DNA from: Ptychomitrium polyphyllum
Taxonomy: Eukaryota
Assembly: GCA_973851085.1 (NCBI GenBank)
Contig: OZ316776.1
Location: 4,960,001 to 5,024,000, forward strand
Reading direction: 5' to 3'
DNA: 64,000 bases
Both the position numbers and the translations under genes were made by a program. Below the pieces are notes generated by a model. That model was not told the origin of the DNA. It searched no databases and saw only the letters and a program-made list of their open reading frames with translations. The first letter of the stretch is position 1. Each line of letters begins with the position of its first letter. Below, piece by piece: positions 52,587 through 64,000 of the stretch.

Positions 52587-55500
52587 TCAACTTAAGGTTG
52601 TCTTGTTGAAGAGTTCCATGGTGAGATTGGCCATGAATGCAGGAATAGACTTGAAGTTCTTCAAAAAAGTCGTCACCTGTTCAGAAAGATTATATTAGTA
52701 AATTATTGAAAGATTCAACAATCCAACATAAGCGAACAGGAAGGAACCATTGAGTCGGGAACGCATCCATATTTTAAGTATAGCAGACTAGGGTACCTGA
52801 CGAGAAATCTCTGGGGACGTTGTGAAATCGGTAGCCTGCGACACACATATCAGAATCAAAGTCAAGTCAGCTCAAGATGAAATATTTGATCAACCTATAG
52901 AAAAATTATAACGTAGACAAGAAAGCAGTCTCCTTGTGACCTCCACCTACTGCTAGTTGCAAAAGTTCAAGCCATTCTGTATTTTGATAACTTAAGTAGT
53001 CATCACAAAATCTTCACGAACCTATTACATAAGAGCAAAAAACTTGAGATTTATCTATCTAAGCCGGAATAATATGCCAAAGACTTTCAAAATATCCAAA
53101 AGAAAGTTAGACGATTACAAGCATATCCATGCGGCCTTGATTGAGCTGAAACAACAGTTTGTCGTCGTCACTAGAGGCATAAATAGATTGGAGAGTGAAC
53201 ACTGTAACCGGCACCTGTGTTAGGGAGTCCTTCTCCTCGTGCATTTGTACCTGCAGATGATGGAGACAGTTCACAAATGCCCAAGTAAGCTTTTGACGAA
53301 AACCAAAAACACAAACAGAAATAATTTCATTTTGTGTTGAATCAATTCTGTAGAATTGGTAATAGCATTACCTTGTATCCAAATAGTAAATAGCAAGCTT
53401 CTCGGAAAAGTGAAATCTTGTCCGCAAAGATCTGTCGATATCTGTATTCTCCAGATGATCAAATTAGTGCGGTCAGCTCAAATCGAAAAACAAGTGCCAT
53501 GAACTGATTGAAGTGGGACATGCTGGTCTTGCTGGTGCATTGTCTCTCAATGCCAAAGAATTTGATGTATCTGTCGTAGCAGTCTACAAGAAAAATTTCC
53601 AGGAGGTGCAAATGGAAAAGACTAACACAAAAATGTTTCGAGCCAACAGGAGCAGTTGCTAGAAATTCAGCTGAGGACTTCCAAGATTAACGATCTACTA
53701 TTGGTTTGCTGAAAGTAAAAGAATAATACCGAGCTTCACGCTTTTCCAAAGATGCAATTTGCTTCGTTAATGCAGCCAATTCCTTGGACTCAGCCTCGTC
53801 AGTTCCTCTTGTAACTGCTGCAGGCTTGGCACTACTTCCACCTGCATCCAGCAAACAAGGATTGTGAGAGTACCACAGATAAGTACAGGCAAGGACAGGG
53901 ACAATGTTGCAACCCACTGTCTTACGGAATTATCAACATATTAAAAAACACACATATAATATTAGAGATCAAAACTGAAACTCCAACAATCATACCTGGT
54001 CCAAGATTATTAATTAAATGTAAAACTTTTGTCGTTGCTGGGTTGAATTCACCCCGTCCTAACTGTACAGTTGAGCAATATACAATAATAAATGTCAAAT
54101 ATTGAGAGCAGTTGAGAACCAGTTTTTTTTACATACTTAATGCTTCTTATCATCGTCAAGCTCGACTTCTAATCGTTCACTGATTGAGTTAAATGTTAAC
54201 TACTGCATTTAAGTAATTTTCATTCCAAAAGGACTCTGGACGTTAATGATCATCACAAGGTGAACTATGCGCGCATTCTTCCCTTCAACTATTTGAGATA
54301 GGTAGTTAGTTACAAGTCAGCCACTTATTTCGAGCCGATAGACTCTGCAAAAAAGTGCTACAAAATACCAGAAAACTACAAAGAGTGCCACGATAAGCGG
54401 GAAATCCAGAGGAACAGGAACAGCGGCCATGACACTGACAGTTGTTGAGGAGAATAACATCATCATTTCGGCCACTCTTTATGTTCCTAGAAAAAGCCAA
54501 AACGAAGTAAAGTACTATTCTAAAGCCCCAAAAAATTGGTACCTTCTTCTCTAAAGTTGCTACTTCTTTCCCCAAGCGTTCCGCTTCTCGGTCCAAGGAT
54601 TTTCTCCTTTCCTGCGCATCGTTGATTTCTTCAGTAAGTCTCTCAATCTTCTGTCGTTGCTCGGTTGTAAGGTTATTACTTTGCAGCAGCGCATCTTCCA
54701 ACTCAGTTGTATTTTGTTGGGCATCTGCCAACGCTGACGAAAGTTCCTGCCATAAGTCATGCGATTCACAACTATGAAACCAAGGTCATCTAAGCTATTA
54801 AATTTCAATATATAAAACACTCACACAACCTTCAAACTCTCAGAATCACCCAGAATCCGCGTCCGTTAAAAACAATTGGTTATAGAATGGAAAGAATAAG
54901 TGAATAAGAGTTAAATACTAGAGGTTTGATATACAAAATTCCACCGTCATAAATTCTTGACACTGGGTAGTCTGTGAATTGGCCGCAAGTCCTAAGGCCC
55001 TGAATGTATCTAATACCTTCCATCATACTTCAACTTTCGATTGCTTCAGCTGGAACTTGAACAACAAAAAAGAAAGAAGTATAGGTAAGTCTAACCTGAA
55101 TGCGGCTGTCTTTCGATTTTTCAGGAGTTGTCAAGGATGCTATTGTATCACCAGGCTTTCTGTGGCTGGCAATTACAGCCTCTTCATTGTCATAAGACTC
55201 TAGTATTCTCTTCAACCCATCTCTTTCTGTGGTTAGCATGGCAACCTGAACACAAAGCATAAATGAAGGAAAAAGGATGACATCACAGTATGTTCTGGCT
55301 ATGTCCCAGTGTATGCGACTTTGGGTAGATAATTTAAGTTGAAACATAGAAGTCACTCACACATGAGTAGTAAGCATTTAAATTAATCTCCCATGTAATT
55401 ACCCTTGAAATCATACAGTTGATGCAAAGAACTCCACTATAAGGACCATTAGTTACTGCCGAAGAAAGTGGCAGGTAAGTAATAAGATAACAATCAAGGA

Positions 55501-58500
55501 TTAAACACGCTATTGCAATGCAATCTCCAAATTTAATATTTGATACCTTGCGCTCGAGTCTTGCAGCCTTTGTCATAGCATCTACAACCTCATCCTGCAG
55601 AGACGCTGTCCTTGCTTCTGCATGTGTATTGGACCTTTCGGCTCTTTCAACGGCAATTAGAAGCTCTGCTATTTGAGCGGTAGCCTCTCCTCTTTTAGCG
55701 GTTGCAGCCACAGCTGCTCTGCATACAAAGTACTCAAACCGTCTCATCAACTATCAACGACAAAGCATCTACGCCCATTTAACAAGGATAGAATCAGATC
55801 CAGTGGTCATAGTTATTAGTTGGACTTACACTTTCAAGACATAAACAGCGGATGAGCACAGGAAGTCATTGATGCATGACAAGGTGCAATTGTCACCGTC
55901 AAGATCAGAATATGTGCTAAAATTTTCACCTTTGAAGCTCAACCACGCAACGTGGAATATCGTCACGGCTTTGTGCCCCAGGAATAACTTCTACTATGTC
56001 AGACCAGCGCTCAAGTTCAGTTTCCAATTCATTCACCCTCAATTGCAGTTTAACAAGATCTGTAAGTCCTGCCTCTGCCCTGTTTGTACGCAATTTCTCA
56101 CTGTGTAGCTGCTCCTTCAATAGAGCAGCATTTACATGAAGTTGCTTCAGCTTCCTTGCCTCTGCCACGTCTGCAGACTGAGTGACCAAATTCCAACATT
56201 GAATGCTAAGCAATGAACTACAACTTGCCAAAATGTGATCAATCATATCTTCCACATCCTACATTGCATCTACAAATGCATGCACGATGAAAGGCAACAT
56301 TTGTCACAGATCATTTCTAAACTTAAGCCAATGTGCCTCTCCTCATTAAGCATCCAAATAATTTACAGATAAATAAGCTTCTCCAGACCAAACAAGAGCA
56401 CGGCGACCCCATGCAAATGGTTTTGTTAAAATACACCAGATTCCACCAAAAACACAAATAGAATCTAACCAAATATGGCCTCCAATGATATCTTCAGGGG
56501 CATACAATACAGGTGAACTTCAACGAAATGTAATCAATATTACATATTACTTACAGATTTCTTGAGTTCCTCTCGAAGGTGTTTAATAACAGTATCAGCC
56601 TCAGAACCCGTGGTTGAACGTGTAGCAAGCTGTTTCATAGCTTCTGCAAGTTTATGCTCCAATTCCTGTTTCTCTTCAACAGTCTGCAACTAAAGACTGT
56701 TAGAGTTTGCCTAATCATAGCATGAGAAAACTGTCGTGAACCTCTTTTACAGGTAATAATAAAGCAGGACGCATTCCCTCAGTTCGTGCGTGTAACAAAT
56801 GTCAGGAAATAAGAGGTGAAAACCTGAGCAAGCAGTTTCTGTTCCTCCTCAAGTTGGGCCATCAAGCTATCAGCTTCCTCAGCAACTAGATGAGCCTTCT
56901 GCATGTGTGTTGAACTCTGTAGCACACAAAGGTAGATTTACAAAACGAACATAAATCAGTAATCAGGACAATAGGTCCTGATGATCCCCCTTCCAACCCG
57001 ACATATATCCAGCTAATGTCGCATCAGCTTCCTATTGAAGAGTCTGAAGACCTTCATAAGAAAGCCTGTATCAAGGAGCCATCAACAGGTATGCTGGGGA
57101 TACATGTTTTCTGCTGACACCTTTCAAACATAGATGAGGATTTGTAATCTGCAGTGCTCTTTTAATGTAAAGAGTAATAGAGCTGATATACCACTCACCT
57201 CTGCCCTAAGTCTTTTCAGGGAACATTCACTGTCCCTTCTCAACCTATGCAGATCTCGATTGAGCTGATTAATCTGCCTCGTCGAAGTTTCCTCAAATTT
57301 TAGTTTTTCCTCTTCTGCCTCCAGTGCTCGTGCCTCTGCAGCCCTAGCTGTAGCTTCTGCCTCTGTCTTAAGCTGCATCTCTTCTTGTAGTCGGGCCTGC
57401 ATGACACGAGCAGGGTTCAAAGTTGGAACAATAGGACCAATAATACCTGCAAACAATTGTACATACAAAAAGCCATAAAATGCTAATAGCGTATAAAACT
57501 ACAAGATCTTATTCAATGCATTCTCCTCGTATATTAAGCTGGTACCGGAACAAAAAGTTTCCAAAAGGAAGATAATAAGAGGCGATGATAGCAGTGCAAA
57601 AAATCAAACAAAAAATGGAAGATGTTTTAAATTATTTGAAAAGAGTACTAAGAATGGAACATTATCTAAAACTTCCGTACCTGGAGCTCATGGTAGCGCT
57701 TGAGCTGTGTGCGGAGCATCTCATCAGCTTTAGCACTTTCTTGCAACCGCTGGGCGTGCATGGATGCCTCTCGACCACCTGAAGCAGCAACAATTTGCTC
57801 CAACGACTTCGTGTTTCGCACCAAGCTTTTCTCATTATCCTCTGACGTCCAGAAAGGCAAGCATTAATGACAAAAGGCAGAGGCTGTCAGAGACATTGTT
57901 GAATACATCCTTGAAGTAAATTTTACGAGTAAATAATATTGCCTTAGCAACATATGCATAGTTGACTGACTTCATTCGCATTTTTCGAGGCTTAACATGA
58001 TACGTTGTCCGGATGTCATACCTACAATTCTCAACGCGCTTCGAAGAGACTTTACAGAAGTTTGAAGTCCAACCATCTGCTTCTCCTTCATCTCCAGGCT
58101 CTCTAGTACTTCTGATTTCACCTGTTTGAGCACCCAAAAAAGTCATCAACGGCGGTCGATTCAACCAACACCAACGCAAGTGCAAACTCACATGTTTTAC
58201 AGACCACCAAAGTCGTGAGCAAATACTCTCATAAATTCCACTTCTGCGGTACACATCAACTGCATAGAAATATAAAGCACAACAAAACTAGTTTTACAGT
58301 AACTTCAAGCATGGAGCAGTCAAATATCATTACGATAATAACTAGTCTAAACATTCAGCTATTAATGAATATCCATGCAGCAGTCAGAAAGGCCTGCAGG
58401 ATGAAAACATTCTAGAAAGATTTTCAGAGCAATTCGCAAACCAAATAGGATGGAGTCACAGTCTAAGAATCTTGTACTTACCATGTTGCGACACTTGTAG

Positions 58501-58769
58501 GTGCATCGAATGGAGTCATTCAGATGATCATGATTGTCACAATCAAGTACATAGCTAGACCCAGGACCAAAGTGTTCGTCCACATCGTCAAACTCCACTG
58601 TACCAAGCTCGTTTTCCAGTCGAGTTGATAACGCAACCATTCGATGACTGCCAGACCGCTGAGCTCCATTGTACACCTCGAGAGCTCTACAAGCAAGAAG
58701 GTCATTATCATCGACATCTGGAGGAACTCTTGGTCTCTTAGTTGGAGATGGTCGCTCCTGCTGATCCAT
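52587..58769 (-). CDS. MAD1: Mitotic spindle assembly checkpoint protein MAD1, about 15 exons
   Basis: Plant MAD1 N-terminal motif CTYKCRNM, long coiled-coil exons, [38 protein letters not shown], and C-terminal [20 protein letters not shown]. The 5' UTR with introns probably extends to ~60.1 kb. Confidence 0.93.
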
Positions 58770-60353
58770 GGCAGGAGACCCTGGAAGACCTGTGGCAAGC
58801 CAAATGAAAGGGTTAGATCACTTGCAAGAAATGCGTAACAACACTCGCAGAGGACTCTGTGCGCATGACTAAAACTTTCTACAGAAATCCCAGGAGTAAA
58901 TTCTGAAAATGTCACTACTGCAGAAACAACAGTATCACTTAGACGTCAGTTCAAGAATGCAATGTTCCATTGAGCGTGTTAAAGCAAACATTTGTGCAAG
59001 TTATGAACCTAAATCAGCGATTATGCCTAAGAATTTAGCACTCATCAAATGCTTTAGTAAACACTTAAGTTGCTATATTCAGATAATCCCTCAGCTCACC
59101 AAACGCAGAAAAAATGACAAACTTCGCCAGTTTCTACTCCCATGTACCAGAGAATCGCCTTCTTTGAACAGGCGAGCGAGTAATCATGATCCCTCAACAA
59201 TTCCGGCTTTGATTCCCGCGGTGGCAACTCTTCCCAGTCCTGCCAGCAAAACGTGAGGATTCGATAAGGCATGAACCCTAGAACCTCATGAAGTCAAGAA
59301 AGTAAACGCTTCATCCTTCAGAAGGAAAAAAATATAATTTCAAAGCTCACAGCCTGTGATTACACAACTCCACTTCAGATCGATCCAAATGTACAGATCA
59401 AAGCAGACAGACCAGCACTGACGAAGAGTCTAGAAATAGATATACCTGTCGATCTACAGTTCTGAGCTTTCCCGAAAACTCAACCCAAAACCCTGAAATT
59501 ACATCCATTACAAAATTACAACCTCTCAGCAGAACCTCTTCAACCACCGATTGCTCGATCTAGTCGCCATACTAATAACGAAACAGACACTAAGAAGAAA
59601 AAGCACAAGGCGCTGGACCTCAAACCTAAGTTACTTCAAATGATCACACCCCCCACATCCAATCCCCAAACATCAAAGATTGCTGCAGAGAACCGAACCC
59701 TAAACCCTAGAACACCCTAAAACCCTGGACCCGCATCCGACACCTTGATCAGACAACATAAAGGCACAAAAACCTAGGCAGAACCGCTTCAACCACCCTA
59801 ACGATTGCGCCAGTCAAAACACTCGATCTCTGGGGTAACAATGCCATAAGAACCCTCACAAACAGCAAATGCCAGCTACCGTCAAAAAACAAACAACTAC
59901 AGTCTAACTCGGTGAGCAAAAGCAAACGGCTCTACACTGACACTGCAGAGATCGCAAAAGAGAAGCACTGCACACACGCACATAGTGTCTAGCTCATTAC
60001 CGAGTCTCTGCACCTGTGAAGCGAAGAAGCTCCCAGTAAAGCAGTGAGCCCAAAACCAGAACCAACAACTTCGCATCCAGAAACTTAGATGCGAGTCGTA
60101 AGCAGAAACCGAAACTGCCCGACTGCCTGACTTAATGAGAACGAGAACGAGAACGAGAACGAGAAAACACTGATTGGATCAGTTGATTTGTGGTGAATGT
60201 TTGTTTGATTGATTAGGACACAGATGAGCGTAGTGTATTTTCTACTTTGCTCTGGCTTGAAGATCAGTTCAGTTCAGATCAGTTCAGTGGCTTTGGATGC
60301 TCGTCTCTTGTCATATGAAGGCGGAGGTTGTGCTCCGGTACATGTGCTGGTGC

Positions 60354-60419
60354 TACCTAGGTGATACCTGGGTGATATCGGGGTTATTCCTGGGGTATAC
60401 CTATGTGGTACCTAGGTGA
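60354..60419. repeat. Degenerate 11-bp tandem repeat x6 (consensus tacctrggtga)
   Basis: Six consecutive 11-nt units in exact register upstream of MAD1. Confidence 0.75.
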
Positions 60420-63400
60420 TGCTATTATTTCATGAGGCTACATGTCTTGGTTTCATGTAGAGAATTTAGCTGTTCTTCTCCCTTTTTGCGTTTAGAAATC
60501 CTTTGTATCATGGAGCTAGCCCATATTTGTTGCAGGAAAGTTGCTTGAAAGTTGCATGGAAAAGAAATTTTTAGATTGGACGTCCTTGTGAAAGAGGAGA
60601 GTGCAAAAATTATGAGTACTTTGAATGTATATGAAAACACAATGTGGATGGATATGGTGTGCTAGTTCTATAAAAATAACTATGTAGAAGTGTAATTTTA
60701 GTTATTTGGTGTTCTATTCTTCTTACTTTTTTATGATTTTTTTGGAAAATGAAGTAATTTACCTTCATATTAAAAAGTAGAAAATTAAGGAAAATTTTAA
60801 CTTTGTGCTATTGTAATAAATGATAGTGAGTGTATATAGAAGCAAATGCATGATGGCATAATGGCATAATGGCATGATGAAATGAATTTGATTTGGTAAC
60901 TTGGCTCACAAGTTTTTTTAATTAATAGTGAAATAAGGTTTTAATAGTAAGATTGTACTTTTTAACATTGGAACTATTCTTTTTATAGAAGGTGTTTGCA
61001 GCAATCATTGAGGAATATTAAATCATTTAAATATCAATATGAATTCTAAAATAAAATTTGTTGCAAATTTGTTGTACCAATCAATGTTGTTATTGTAAAA
61101 TTTATTATTAGCTTCAAAATTTATTATAATACATGTACCAATATAAAAAGAAAGCTATTCAAATTAATGTGAGAATATAATTATAATATCATTTGCTACC
61201 ATATTGATTTTTATTTTAAATTTATTATTTAAAATATGCCGATTTAAATTATTATATGTTTTATTATAAAACTCATATCGAGTAGAATATTATAATCAAT
61301 ACAAACCATTCATTACCTATAATACTATGATTATTATAAAAATACTTATTATAATAGTTATTACAAAATTTCTTTATTATTATGGCTTATAATAATGATA
61401 ATAATTGTTCTAATCACTTCAAAATAAATTATTTTGAAACTTAATATTTTTGATTTTAAATATGTATTTCTTATTCAAATGGTGTTCAAATAATGTTTTG
61501 ACATACATTGTTACTTTTTTCTATTGTAAGTATAATTCAATAAAAAATAAAAATTATCAATGAAAGTAATATTATTTAAGATTTGTGTTAAAATCATGGT
61601 TTAGATGTTATTACTTTAAAAAGAACTTATTTAGTTGCTAAAAGATGTTATAAGTGTGCTTCATATTATGTTTTAACAATTGTAGTGTGTCATCTTTAAA
61701 GTAGCAATATTCAAACTTGAGATTTTACCACAATTGAAGATGTGAAAAATTTATAAACTATAAACATTTTTGTTATTGAATTGTATTATGATAAGATAAA
61801 AAGAATTCCAATACACTTCAAAATAAATTATTAAAATTCTACAAAATAAATTGTGAACATTGAAAACTTCAAGACTTAATTTATTAGAAAGCTTAATTAT
61901 TTTAATCCAAATTCATTAATAAATTTAGTATACAATACTTTGTTTGTTCGTTGATTGAATTTGGTATATTGAAGGTTTTGGTTAAACTCTAAATGACTCA
62001 ATTTTGTACTTTTGTATGATTTTTTTAATTTAATGTATATATTATTTTATTTTTGTTATGAAGTACTTTTGTCTATTTTTTAAAACTTAAAATCCGCAAA
62101 TTAAGTTATAAATTGGAATAAAATTTATGACTTCATTTACTAATTTCAATAATCTCAAACTATATAAAGATTTTGACTAAAGTTTCGATTTTTTATAACT
62201 TATAAGTTGAACTTGTATAGATTAACAAGTATTTTTATCCACAAATTCGAAATCTTTTCTATGTACAATTCATTATGCCAATTCAAAATATTTTTGAAAA
62301 TGAAGTAAATAAAAAAACTAATTAAAAAATAATTAATCATAAATCCACTAATGACATATGAAAGACATGGAGTTTAGATATCTTCCTTTAATTATTATAA
62401 ATGCATCAAGGTTCATTTTTTAACTAATTTATTCTTAACTTCCATAATTTCTTAGATAATAAATTTAAGTTTAAAAACAAATAAAAACATTGTAAAAAAA
62501 TATTAAATCATATATGTTTTTGACATCGATTGGTATGTGAGCAAAATTATAAAAGCTCCAATTAATATTGTCTACCTAGTTCTTTGCATTAAATTTATAT
62601 ATTTGTCCATGTTGTTGTTAAAAACTCATTTAACATGTATGCATTTACAACTCCAAAGCTTTAAACTTTATTAAGTTGCTCTTCACTATATTTAAAATGC
62701 TCTTCAAAAACATGTACAAATTTTTTTTTGTTTATTTTCCTATTTTTTCCAAAAAATATATGAGTCATATTGTTACATCCTTTTATAACAAGAATAATTT
62801 TGAAAATTTATAAAATATATAAATTAAAGATTTTCCTAAGTTTAACAGATTCAAAATTCTATTTTTAAATTTCAAATATAGGCTTCAAGTAATAGTATAT
62901 GTACAAAAAAGAATTATTCTATGTTTGACTTTTGCTATATATTAACATTTATTTATGAAGTCTTTTAAAACTATTCATTTTTTTTTTCCTGCCCTTCAGT
63001 TTAATATAGACTTGGTATTTGCAGGTTTTTACGCCATATATTTCTAAATCTTCAACTTTCAAACATTAGAAATTTGAAATATTGGAATGTATTTCTCTTT
63101 TCTACTGCAAACAGATCTATAATTAGTTTTTTTTATGGAGCTTAAAATTCTGCAATTTAAGTTAGCAACTACATAATAACTTAATACAAACATGATAGTC
63201 ACCAAAAATAATGCAAGTTGATTATTTACGTTTTAATTTTTGAACACTTATAACTTTTTTATTTGATTTCTAACAAATTTGTTTGAAATTTTGCTAAAGT
63301 TTTTTTTTCTTATGGATGTTATTGATTTTAGAATATTCTACTTCAATTGCTAAAGAATATTATGCACAAAATTTATTATAAAATTATAGTTTTGGAATTT

Positions 63401-64000
63401 TAAGAAGTTGCAATTTAACCTATTACAATTGCTTAATGGATGTTTCTTTTTGCCCTTAAAAAGCTCTTTTTAAAATTGGTACATTATTTCAAAAGAGAAC
63501 CTTTTTAAAAGAGATTGTAATCTTATTAATTTTTTATAATTAGTGGTTACTAAAAACACATGTAGAGAAAATTTTATAATTATATTTTTCTTCTTTTGAA
63601 ACACTTTGATTGACCACTAAAAAAAGATTGAACGAAATACAATAGTTTAAGTTATATTATGTTTAAGGTGGTTATCTTTTATAAGATGATTAAAGATGAC
63701 AAATCATTATATATTTTCACAAAAATTGGCACTTTGAAAAGTCATGATTTCACAAGTTTAAGAATACTATACAAGTATAGTATCCTTTCAAAAAAAATAA
63801 AATGAATTTGAGATATATTCATTTTCATTTGATACATTCTTGAATGATGATTTCATATCAATTTTTAGAGACTTCTTTGAACACTTTTTTAAAAAGGATT
63901 AGTTTTATTGTTTTAAGGTACAATTTCACTACCAAAACCTTGTTTTTGCACAAATTGAAAGAGTTTGTTCACCAAACCATGTATCAAACTAGACTCATGT

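Noticed and set aside
22729..58769. ATRX and MAD1 proximity as a chromosome-biology gene cluster
   Set aside because: Unrelated genes lie between them and nothing in the sequence indicates co-regulation.
60450..64000. Very AT-rich terminal region (also 19700-21900, 37000-38800, 44200-45200)
   Set aside because: No ORFs, termini or periodicity could be supported. It is probably intergenic DNA or heavily eroded repeats.

Overview
Eukaryotic land-plant genomic DNA. It is probably a moss, inferred from the retrotransposon types and intron style rather than proven. Bases 1-16903 are three nested, decayed LTR retrotransposons. A minus-strand Ty3/gypsy element (A) is interrupted just downstream of its PBS by a plus-strand chromodomain-bearing gypsy element (B, 3639-15721), which is itself interrupted by a minus-strand Ty1/copia element (C, 9039-14622). 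The rest of the window holds a small plastid trnS-GGA fragment (~19.6 kb), a multi-exon ATRX/CHR20-like SNF2 gene (minus, ~22.7-34.8 kb), a 275-bp tandem array, an unidentified decayed coding-like island with inverted repeats (41-43.2 kb), an intronless F-box gene (plus), a six-exon gene encoding only a tomosyn-type R-SNARE C-terminus (minus), and MAD1 (minus). The most notable observations are: the stand-alone 'mini-tomosyn' lacking WD40 propellers and a membrane anchor; element B's apparent self-priming PBS, its heat-shock-element-rich LTR and its -1 frameshift pseudoknot; and a ~160-nt hairpin. Exon coordinates were read by eye and family names come from motif recognition; no database searches were run.
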